64,000 bases of DNA from positions 2,091 through 66,090 of the forward strand of contig CAZTNC010000019.1 of NCBI GenBank assembly GCA_964614915.1, read 5' to 3'. Positions 1 to 8,297 of this stretch are shown here, piece by piece. Position 1 is the first letter of the stretch. Every line of letters begins with the position of its first letter. This DNA is from an uncultured Thiotrichales bacterium. Its GTDB lineage: Bacteria > Pseudomonadota > Gammaproteobacteria > UBA4575. Both the position numbers and the translations under genes were made by a program. Under the pieces are notes generated by a model. It was not told the DNA's origin and did not search any database. It saw only the letters and a program-made list of their open reading frames with translations.

Positions 1-286
1 AAGGCGTTACCCCTGCCATGCAAGCCGGATTGAGTGATTTACTTCTCTCCTGCATTCGCTTGGTGATGCTTAAGTTACAGGCCAGTAGGAAGAGGCGTGG
101 TTCACCATCTTGCCTGCTACAGGTGACTAACGAATCCAGATATCCCTTGCCGTATTCCTGCAGATAGGGCTGTTGAAATTTGGCCTACTTGGCAAGCACC
201 GCGACATTACCACATTCAATTCGACACTACCAAACTTGATTGTCCAGCAAGGGATACAATGGCCCTGTTTTATGCATAAGCTGAAA

Positions 287-970
287 CTACGCATTCAATA
301 GATCAATAATTTCCGAACATGACAAACGTCTACCACCTGTAAAGGTTCTCTTCATGGGCTCATAAATTTGCCACATCCTTCTGTAGTCCCCTATGGAGGG
401 ATCGTGAGAATTAAGGTCATGCTTTTTAAACTCTTGGAACCGATCCAGATGATTGATCAAAAACCAGGCGACACTGTGATGTTCGGGTTCTTCGTTTCCG
501 TCGAATCCAGGAAATTTCACAGGCTGTCCACTTGGCCCAGCCTTTATCCCGACTTCTTTTTTATCTTTATCTGAAAGTTTGGAGTAACTAAATTCAATCC
601 TGGACCACATCTCCAACACATCACAAACTTCTCTGACTACATGTTCCTGGTCCACATGGCTGTGAAACAAGCCAGAGTACTCCCATTCGAATCCCCAATA
701 GTGCCCTCCCCCAAGTGCCTCGCTGACGAAATCTGGGTCTATCTCCCCCTCAACTTTGTGGTGTTTGTAGAGATCTCGAAGCATCATCAGGACCAGCTTT
801 TCGCCGTCAGTGATACGAACGTCATCACGACCAAAGGCAGTCAATCCGGCATCTACAAGCCTTCGTACAGCTTCTGCGCGCGAAGGTTGATTCGGCTGTT
901 CAAATCGCCATGCATCTATCCGTTGCAAGGTATGCACATCCAGTCGCATCTCAAATCGCTCTGCTTTCAT
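287..970 (-). CDS. Ribbon-helix-helix (CopG/Arc-like) domain fused to a YfbU-family domain
   Basis: N-terminus 'RFEMRL...LQRIDAWR...SRAEAVRRLVDAGL' is RHH-like. C-terminal 'VCDVLEMWSRIE...FPGFDGNEE...DLNSH' motifs are typical of YfbU proteins. Confidence 0.8.
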   Translation of the reverse strand: MKAERFEMRLDVHTLQRIDAWRFEQPNQPSRAEAVRRLVDAGLTAFGRDDVRITDGEKLVLMMLRDLYKHHKVEGEIDPDFVSEALGGGHYWGFEWEYSGLFHSHVDQEHVVREVCDVLEMWSRIEFSYSKLSDKDKKEVGIKAGPSGQPVKFPGFDGNEEPEHHSVAWFLINHLDRFQEFKKHDLNSHDPSIGDYRRMWQIYEPMKRTFTGGRRLSCSEIIDLLNA

Positions 971-1018
971 CTTGGCCTCGCCCCTAAATTATTACGGTGT
1001 ATAGACGGAAAACCGTTA

Positions 1019-1034
1019 TATAATACGTATTATA
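1019..1034. promoter_or_regulatory. Perfect 16-bp palindrome TATAATACGTATTATA (TATAAT on both strands); probable promoter/operator of the RHH-YfbU gene
   Basis: Read directly from the sequence; lies about 50-65 bp upstream of the ATG at 970. Confidence 0.55.
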
Positions 1035-1193
1035 CGGCATATATACGTACTTTCAAGGAAAGACGGATAACAGAAAGCATCGCCATTTGTGAAATATCTT
1101 TGTCGGGGGGGATCTACTCTCAGACTGGCCTGCTAGGAATGTAACTTTGCCAGATCACATAACCTAGATTGAAAACCCTGAAACGAAGTTGGC

Positions 1194-1804
1194 CTACTCC
1201 CTTTTTGATGCGTTCTCCAAAAGTGACTTCATTCTGAAGAGAGCAAACCCTTTTTGTGCTAGAGAGGCTTTTGAACGGGGATAAGCATCCGCATAGGTCA
1301 CTGCAGCATGAACAAGCCCTTCCGTCGGCATCGGGTGTGCAGCCAGGATAGCCGGGACACTGTCGCCATTGGCCATCATCTCGCAATATCATGGACAGCC
1401 ACCCGGGTGCCTCTAAGACAAGGCGTGCCATTGAGAACATCCCCGTCAACTGTAACCATCCTCTTCGCTTTCTCCAGTGCTGTCAGTCTGCGCCGTACAT
1501 TGCTTTTCATCGGGCGGACATCGATTGAAACAGCATCTTCACGGACTGCCCTGGTTTCGGGATCATCGAACAGACGGCGGATAAAGCCCATCCTTCCCTT
1601 GAGGGTCAACATATCCGTCGTTTCATGTGCGAACTTCAGACTCACAAGTGCCTTGCCCAGAATGACCCGGCTGCCCTTTTCGCGCCTTACGGCATCCCCC
1701 AGCAGGCCCGCATCGATGATGCGATGCACTTGTTTCAAGGACACACCCGTTACCTTGGCTGCCTCATTTACAGACAGAACACGCTCGTCGAATTTCATGT
1801 TCAT
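1194..1804 (-). pseudogene. HTH + DUF433 antitoxin-like gene, split by a 1-nt frameshift near 1379-1384
   Basis: ORF 1376-1843 ends in the DUF433 motif 'DGDVLNGTPCLRGTRVAVHDIA'. The continuation 'MMANGDSVPAILAAHP...AVTYADAYP' is in the next frame (ORF 1194-1379): CAT GAT ATT GCG AGA TGA versus expected GCG GAG ATG ATG. Confidence 0.75.
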
Positions 1805-2134
1805 AATCTTTCCTTCAACGTGGAAAGATCTATGAGCGATCAAGGCAAAATATCAACTTTGAAAAGTTGCTGTAGCAGCCGCAAAATCGGGCCGTACTTG
1901 CCATGTAATAGCCAAATATTGCCCAGCACACGTTTTCGGCCCCCTTATGAAAGGGTAACTGACTACGTGGCCGGGACAAAAAGGCTATTGGGAAGCGCAA
2001 CATGCTACATTTATGAAATTGAATGGATTGGCTTGACGTCCGCTGGACCAGAGCTTTCAAGTGCTGGCCTTCGCGTTGGTATTTTTAGCGTTACACGATT
2101 TTCAACTGGCATTGGAACCCTCAAGGAACCCGAA

Positions 2135-2222
2135 ATGAAGAAGCCCGGCGTACCGGGCTTCTCAATTTTGTGACTCAGGTCTTGTTAACAGATTGACTTC
2201 AAATCTCAACAACCCTAGGCAC
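2135..2222 (-). ncRNA. Predicted tracrRNA (anti-repeat, nexus, terminal hairpin); ends approximate
   Basis: Minus strand reads TGAGATTTGAAGTCAATCTG (2208-2189), a perfect 20-nt complement of the repeat at 5583-5602. This is followed by TTAAC, a nexus-like AAGAC-CTGA-GTC and a 10-bp hairpin (2139-2162). An extended -10 TG-T-TATGGT lies at 2237-2229. Confidence 0.75.
2139..2162 (-). terminator. 10-bp stem hairpin (AGAAGCCCGG-TACG-CCGGGCTTCT) ending the predicted tracrRNA
   Basis: Perfect inverted repeat 2139-2148 / 2153-2162, followed on the minus strand by a weak TCATTTC tail. Confidence 0.6.
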
Positions 2223-2270
2223 GGATAAACCATAACACAAGAAGTGGTTCAGGCACCAAATGATCAAGCC

Positions 2271-5200
2271 ATGAACTGGCGACTGGGAGTCAGCCTCGGG
2301 ACCCACGCACTGGGGTGGTGGGCATTCCAGGTAAAGAAGACCGGTAAGCGCTGGCAGCCCCGGGCCTCCCTGAGGGGCGGGGTCTATATTTTCCCAAGCG
2401 GGCGCGAGCCTGCACGTCGGGGGCGCGTGGGGGACAGTCATGCGGTGAGGCGACGGCTGACCCGCAACGCACGTCGCAACCGCGACCGCAGGAAGACCCG
2501 GTTGCAAGCCTTCATGCGTGAACTGGTGGATCTGGGGCTGATGCCGGAGTCCATCGAGCAGCGAAGAGGGCTGTTTCAAACGTTGCCGGGATCGGCAGAT
2601 CCCCATCAGTTCAATCCCTATTTTCTGCGCGCCGAAGCCGTACACAGGACGCTGGCGCCCTACGAGCTGGGCCGAGCCCTGTTTCACCTTGGGCTTCGAC
2701 GCGGCTACAAATCGAACCAGATCGGGGAACAGGAGGAGAATGGCGGGGATTTCAAGGAACGGATCGTCAACCTCAAGCACGCGCTGGACGGGCAAACCCT
2801 TGGGCAATTCCAATGGAAGCGGATTAGGCAGGACCTGAAGCGGCAGCAGGTCGGTGAACCCCCTGTAGGGATTCGTTTTCGGGACCCAGGTAGTTTTTTC
2901 CCGGACCGCTCAATGTACGAGGCCGAGTTCGAAGCCATTCGGCAAAGACAGGCCCCCGAGCACGACCTGACGCAGGAAGACTGGGAGCGGCTGAGGGACC
3001 GCTACGTGCTGTTTCAGTGGCCGCTCAGGCCGATGTCTCGGGGGCCCTGCCGGTATTTTTCAAACGAGATAAGGCACTGGAAGGACACGCCGATCGCCCA
3101 TGACTTTCGCATCTACCGGGAACTGAACTTGCTCAAGTGGTTCGACCATGAATACCAAGGGCACGATCTGGATGCCGAGCAATACACTACGGTTCGCAAT
3201 CTGTTGCTGAGCCGCAAGTCGGAAGTCAAATTTGATGCCCTGCGCAAGCTGAAAAAGGCCGACCAATCCCTGCTGTTTCCTGACTGCTCCCACTTCAATC
3301 TGGAATCGGAGGACCGTAGCCGCAGGGGCATCGAGCCGCACGGCATGGTCAACATCCTTGGAAACCATCCCGTGCTGACCCCATTTTGGGCGCAGCGGTC
3401 CACGGACACCGGGGGGGGGGCTTGCTGGATGACATCTTCGCTGCATTGCTGGAGGAAACGGAACAGGAGGCGCTCAACGCCCGCCTGCTGGGAGAGTCCA
3501 ACCTGGAAGAGGAAGCCATCGAGACATTCAGGTCATTGAAGCTTTCCCGGGACACTGTCGGCGAATCACGCAAATTCCTGGAGAAGATCGTTCCCATCCT
3601 GCGCGATCAGCACCTGACGGTTTGGGAAGCCATCCGGGAAGTCAGGGATGACCGGGGCAAGCCCCTGCATCCTGGGCACGGGCCGAACCGCCATGATTAC
3701 GAGGAGCTTCCCTACTATGGGGAGATCCTGCGCGACTCGATGGCCGGCATGAATCCCGAAGCCGATCCTGCAATCGAACCCGAACTTCATTTTGGCAGGA
3801 TCGGTAACCCGACCGTGCATGTGGCACTGAACAACCTACGCCGGGTCGTGAATGCCCTTATCTCAAGATTTGGCACCTTGCCGGTCGAGATCTACATCGA
3901 GCTGTCCCGCGACCTGAAAAACAGCCGAAAGAAACGCAACATCGCATCCACGATCCAAGCCCGCAACAAGAAAGCCGACGACAAATATTGCGAGGAACTC
4001 AGGGAGTACGGGATACACAACCCTTCCGGGCGCGACCTCAAAAAATATAGGCTGTGGAAGGAGTTGGGCGAGGGAGATGCGGCCCGATGCTGTCCGTTTA
4101 CGGGCGAACACATCTCTGTTGCGCAGCTGCTCAGCGGCGAGGCCGAAATCGAGCATATCCTGCCCTTCAAGCGCACCCTCGATGATTCAATGGCGAACCT
4201 TACCGTAGCCATGTGCCGGGCAAATCGGATCAAGGGCAACCGGACACCCTTCGAGGCGTTTGCCGAAGGTGTCCATTCGAAAGACGGCATCCACTGGGAA
4301 ACCATCACCGAACGGGTGGCAAACCTGCCCCACCACAAGAAGTGGCGATTTGGCAAGAATGCCATGCAGATCTTCGAGCGCGAGTATGACTTCATTGCGC
4401 GCCAGTTGACGGACGATGCCTATATTGCACGAAGTGCAGCCCGCTACCTCGGATGCCTGAAAGGCGTTGAGCAAGTCGTTTCGAGCCGGGGCAGTCTGAC
4501 AGCACTTGTGCGTGGCAAATGGCACCTGAACGAGATTCTTTGCGAAGACAGCCGGAAAAGCCGCGACGATCACCGCCGCCATGCGATCGATGCGGCGGTC
4601 ACAGCCCTGGTGGACCAATCCCTTCTGAAAAGCGTTTCAAAACGAACCGCACGCGGGACCGACGGCAGGATTCACATCATGGTGCCCAAGCTGGATGACC
4701 GTATGAAAACTTCGATTCACCAGCAGGTGCACGAGATGGTCGTGGCGTTCAAGCCGGACCATGGACTGCAGGGCCAGATGTTCAATGAAACGGCGTACGG
4801 GCACATTGAACCTGACCGACGCGATCCGGACTTTCCGCAGCACACCCTTGTGACCCGCAAGTCGATCACAGCCCTGACGCCGAAAGAATGTGAATACATC
4901 CGGGACCCCGGCATCAGGAAAGCTGTATCTTCATGCTTGGGCAATGCCAGAAAAGCAGGTGAGGCGCATAAGAAGGCACTGCTTCGCTTTTCCCAAGAAC
5001 AAGGTATCCGCAGGGTTCGCATCCTCATCAAGGACCAGGTCGCCATACAAATCGAATCAGCACCCTACAAGCGGTATACGACCAGTGCGTATGCGTGTTG
5101 CGATATCTGGCGAGTACCCAAGGGCAAGGCCGGCCAGTATGTGCCGGGTGAATTTACTTGGCAGGGTGTTTTCTGGTCGTATGTGGATGTTTCTGGCGAA

Positions 5201-5470
5201 CATTCCAGCCCAGGGGAACGAAAGCCCCATCCCGGGGCCAGGTTCATCTGCCGGCTATACAAGAACGACATGATCGCCTGCAGGAAGAACGGGGAGATGC
5301 ACATCCTGCGGGTGGTCGGCTTCAGCACAACCAACAACAAGCTGAGCATCGCTCGCCATTATGCTGCGGACCCTGAACAGCGGTATGTCAGCATCAATCA
5401 ACTTGGGATCAATCAGCTTCAAAAGCTGCATGTTACCCCTGATGGGACAGTAAAAGGCCTTACAAAGTGA
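2271..5470 (+). pseudogene. cas9: Type II-C Cas9 (about 1065-1066 aa if in frame), frameshifted at G10 (3411-3420), RuvC-I Asp replaced by Ser
   Basis: N-terminal 'MNWRLGVSLGTHALGWW...GVYIFPSGREP', Arg-rich bridge helix, 'GRIGNPTVHVALNNLRRVVNALI', RuvC-II 'IYIELSRDLK', HNH 'EIEHILPF...NLTV...ANRIKGNRTPFEAF' and RuvC-III 'RDDHRRHAIDA'. ORFs 2244-3539 and 3386-5470 join at the G tract. Confidence 0.92.
3411..3420 (+). repeat. G10 homopolymer at the cas9 frameshift (G8 or G11 restores the frame)
   Basis: ...GACACC GGGGGGGGGG CTTGCTGGATGAC...; the downstream frame needs GGC TTG CTG GAT GAC. Confidence 0.9.
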
Positions 5471-5484
5471 CTCGAGGTCTTGTT
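5467..5484 (-). ncRNA. Second copy of the tracrRNA nexus-like motif (AACAAGAC-CTCGA-GTCAC) overlapping the cas9 stop codon
   Basis: Plus-strand GTGACTCGAGGTCTTGTT versus GTGACTC-AGGTCTTGTT at 2170-2186; the single indel lies in the predicted loop. Confidence 0.4.
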
Positions 5485-5546
5485 GGAATCGCCTGTGAGG
5501 GTCGGCGTCCCTGCGTGGATCGGGGATTTAACGAGGTGCTGGATAG

Positions 5547-5574
5547 CAATAAACTCTTGGCCGTGCCAAAAGAG
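5547..5574 (-). terminator. Hairpin plus T-rich tail directly after the lone repeat (CTCTTTTGGC-ACG-GCCAAGAG-TTTATT)
   Basis: Read on the minus strand; bulged 8-bp stem followed by TTTATT. Confidence 0.5.
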
Positions 5575-5606
5575 CAGGCCACTGAGATTTGAAGTCAATC
5601 TGCAAC
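5571..5606 (-). CRISPR. Single 36-nt type II-C-like repeat GTTGCAGATTGACTTCAAATCTCAGTGGCCTGCTCT; putative spacer at 5607 to about 5636; no array
   Basis: The 20-nt core is complementary to the tracr anti-repeat, and the GTT 5' end pairs with AAC of the tracr. Length and ends resemble type II-C repeats. I saw no second copy. Confidence 0.7.
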
Positions 5607-5634
5607 TTGCAGTATGTCATTACTCGTGGGCTTG

Positions 5635-5640
5635 AGTATA
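5635..5640 (-). promoter_or_regulatory. Candidate -10 box TATACT for the spacer-repeat RNA (start near 5628, about 22-nt guide)
   Basis: Plus-strand AGTATA at 5635-5640, where type II-C repeat-embedded -10 boxes normally sit relative to the next repeat. Confidence 0.45.
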
Positions 5641-5759
5641 CACTCGCAATCTTCATAAAGCCCTAAAATCATGTCCAGACGTGTACTCCAGATAATCAGT
5701 AAATGGCCTGTACTGATGAGAAAAGCGCAGAAATTTAGCTTATTTGGGGTGCAGGACGA

Positions 5760-5955
5760 AATCGATATCTCACGGGCCCCTGCGTTCTGGAGACGAATAT
5801 CAGCAGAACATCCAGATAACATTCACAGCGATTACGAATCTACGCACCCCTCGACTGCCGGGAGATTTGTGCGAATGGAAAACGTGACCAAGGAGATTCG
5901 TACAAAGGAAGAGGCAGGAAACCCACTGCCTCCAAACATGAAATCCGACAAGTAA
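5760..5955 (+). pseudogene. C-terminal remnant of an M48-family metallopeptidase
   Basis: 'DISRAPAFWRRISAEHP...STHPSTAGRFVRMENVTKEI' resembles the M48 C-terminus (FWRRM...STHP...ER). The HEXXH part is absent. Confidence 0.55.
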
Positions 5956-6170
5956 GAGAATTTATACCGCGCCCTCCACAGAGTGGACCGGGATCATTCC
6001 CTTTGTTAGCATTCCCGGCAGTAATGGCCCGAATCTGGACCTTGCCGCTTGGTTAGTGTGATTCCCAATGCGGACCATGATTCGGTCATTGCCTTCTCGG
6101 GGCAGCGTTACGTATCACAGTTGGATATGGCGCACATCGGTTGCCCTCACCTGACACGGAGACATCGGAA

Positions 6171-6260
6171 ATGAAGAGTTTTTTCGAAGCAAACGCAACC
6201 TTGGTTCTTGTGGTAGCTGCGGTCACTTTTGCAATCCTGACTGCTGTACTGGTTCAGTAG
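6171..6260 (+). CDS. 29-aa hydrophobic small protein MKSFFEANATLVLVVAAVTFAILTAVLVQ
   Basis: Translated by hand; GGAG about 9 nt upstream; one predicted transmembrane helix. Confidence 0.35.
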   Translation: MKSFFEANATLVLVVAAVTFAILTAVLVQ

Positions 6261-6558
6261 TACCGCGCCCTGCCATCAAGCCAGTACTTTTACTTGATCT
6301 CCCGTAAGCGCACCGCGATCTCTCGACTTTTGTCCAGCAGACACCATAGGGTGCTCAGCACCATAGCCTTCTGATGGTCATGCTCCAGATGGCAGGGCCA
6401 CCGCAATAGAGGTTGAAGATTTTACTTATAGCGGAACCTCTCCAAAGAACTCATACATCCTGCCATAACTGCTTACTCTAATTCTTACTTTCAATTCTAG
6501 GCTAAGAGGGTTACCCCTTAATTCTGTTGCATAGATTACCCAAAAACTTTGTTTTCCT

Positions 6559-6578
6559 CGGTACACTACCGGTACACT
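6559..6578 (+). repeat. Tandem CGGTACACT x2 with 11-bp periodicity; probable integrase arm-type binding sites
   Basis: Copies at 6559-6567 and 6570-6578, about 120 bp from the tRNA-derived att core. Confidence 0.5.
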
Positions 6579-6696
6579 CCCCAGTTTCGGCTACTCGCAC
6601 TAAACTAACCTAACATGCTGAATTAGCAAGATTCATACTAGCTCTACCGAGCATTACTTGTTTCAATATAATCAATGGCTTATCGATCATTTTGGC

Positions 6697-6742
6697 ACTG
6701 TTAATCACTAGGTCGGCGGTTCGAGCCCGTCCCGGGGAGCCA
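6697..6742 (+). mobile_element. att site: 3' half of tRNA-Asn(GTT) from anticodon loop to CCA; right boundary of an integrated island
   Basis: A-CTGTTAA-TCACT-AGGTC-GGCGG-TTCGAGC-CCGTC-CCGGGGA-G-CCA has a GTT anticodon, T-arm, G73 and CCA. Upstream sequence cannot form the 5' anticodon stem, D-arm or acceptor strand. Confidence 0.8.
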
Positions 6743-6846
6743 ATAAAAACAAAGACTCATGTAAATTCTGAAAAACCATAAAACATCGCATAACTACTAT
6801 TTAACCAAAGAGTCAGGTTGGCTCCCAAATTAGACAGACTATAACG

Positions 6847-8136
6847 ATGAGTACACAATTGATCACAGAGATACGTACGCACCGGGACAACTGTAAAGAG
6901 TCTTTGCGTAGTTTCAAAATAGCTGAACACCCAGGAAAATTCGGGCAAGAGCAAGAGTACACAGCTCAGAAGATTCTCGAAAATATAAATTTAATATTAG
7001 TTGGCGTTACATCGCTCACAAAAAAACCAATTAAATTTATTCAGAATTCAACGTGGAGTGAGCGAAGAGATTTAGCCGGATGGCTAAACGAGTTGAATGC
7101 CCATATCGTTAGTAAAGATTTACCTGCAATCATTAATACTCTTGAGAGCATTAAGCCATTTTTACGGAGCATAGGCATTTATTTTACGAATGAACGAGTC
7201 GAAGCCCATGAAGAATATATTAGAAGATTACTGGTAAATGCTTCCGGCCTTTCCCAACACATCATTAAAGCAGAAGCAATTGAATCAAAGACAAAAGAAA
7301 TAGAGCAGGAAATCAGCGAATCACATCAACAGCTTACAGAGATATATGGAGAACAATTACTACGCATAGAGACATTAGGAGAGACTATAAACTCAACTGA
7401 AAGAGAACGTGAGAAATTAGCTGGTATTGTCGAGCAAGACTCTGCTAGATCCCAAGAAGTAGAGAGAATTTTAACTGAAGCCAAAAGTCATAAAGGAGTT
7501 ATAGATGGCTTTGTCCAGAGAATTTCACAAAGAGAGTCTCAGTTGGAAGATCAAGAGGAAATGACAAGGGAGTACATTGAAAAACTAGAAGCCTTTAAGG
7601 CTGGTCATGAACGCTACAATTCAGAGGCTGATGAGCTAATAAAGCAATCAAAAAGTGCCTTGGAATTATCAACTTCAGTAGGACTCAGCAAAGCATTTTC
7701 TGCACAATACGATAAAGCTAATAAAAGATTTCCTAAATTCTTTTGGATTACTACAGCTGGAATTTTGGGTGGGCTAGCAGTGTATCTAGGTTGGCTGGCA
7801 TTGGACGAAACCAACAGCGTGGCAGCAGTTATGGGCAGGATATCACTACTACCAATATTGATTGCTGGGGCATGGTTCTGTGCTGGGCAATATGTGAAGC
7901 AAAAAAATATTGCAGAAGACTACGCATATAAAGCAGTTCTTGCCAAGTCAATCGTGGGTTTTTCTGACCAACTTTCGACAGAAAGTCAAAAAGGTGATGA
8001 TCACTCAATCTTTATGAGGTTGGCTCTCTACGAAATGATTAAAAATCCTCTTCGGAAACATCCACGGGAAGCTTCTAGTATGTCTGAACTCCTTAACAAA
8101 CTTTCAGGCCTATTTAAAATTAATACTCCCGAATGA
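6847..8136 (+). CDS. Hypothetical membrane protein: long coiled coil and two C-terminal TM helices
   Basis: 429-aa AT-rich ORF with an E/K/Q-rich central region and two hydrophobic segments before 'QYVKQKNIAEDYAYKA'. Confidence 0.75.
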   Translation: MSTQLITEIRTHRDNCKESLRSFKIAEHPGKFGQEQEYTAQKILENINLILVGVTSLTKKPIKFIQNSTWSERRDLAGWLNELNAHIVSKDLPAIINTLESIKPFLRSIGIYFTNERVEAHEEYIRRLLVNASGLSQHIIKAEAIESKTKEIEQEISESHQQLTEIYGEQLLRIETLGETINSTEREREKLAGIVEQDSARSQEVERILTEAKSHKGVIDGFVQRISQRESQLEDQEEMTREYIEKLEAFKAGHERYNSEADELIKQSKSALELSTSVGLSKAFSAQYDKANKRFPKFFWITTAGILGGLAVYLGWLALDETNSVAAVMGRISLLPILIAGAWFCAGQYVKQKNIAEDYAYKAVLAKSIVGFSDQLSTESQKGDDHSIFMRLALYEMIKNPLRKHPREASSMSELLNKLSGLFKINTPE

Positions 8137-8297
8137 ATCGTAGGAATTGCACAGTCATCACGATACCAATCTAGAAGGCTAGTGTTTGATAATGATTGAT
8201 GGCAAGCAAACAGCATAGCTAGTCCAACATTTTCTCTAGCTCTGTCAGGATATTCTCAACATCACGATTCTCACCTGTCTTGCAGGAGTCTTTTATA

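Noticed and set aside
1120-1240. PIN-like toxin downstream of DUF433
   Set aside because: Frames here are short or stop-interrupted with no recognisable acidic PIN motif.
2244-2270. GTG at 2244 as the cas9 start
   Set aside because: The Cas9 RuvC-I motif normally begins a few residues from the N-terminus, which fits the ATG at 2271.
5965-6271. 11-bp direct repeat TACCGCGCCCT (5965-5975, 6261-6271) as integron attC or target duplication
   Set aside because: It lacks the RYYYAAC/GTTRRRY cores and I saw no terminal inverted repeats inside; too short to support a call.
1850-6700. A conventional CRISPR array or cas1/cas2 near cas9
   Set aside because: Only one repeat copy and one anti-repeat were found, and no ORF has Cas1 or Cas2 features.
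6660-6742. A complete tRNA-Asn gene
   Set aside because: Sequence upstream of the anticodon loop cannot form the anticodon stem, D-arm or 5' acceptor strand; treated as an att duplication.
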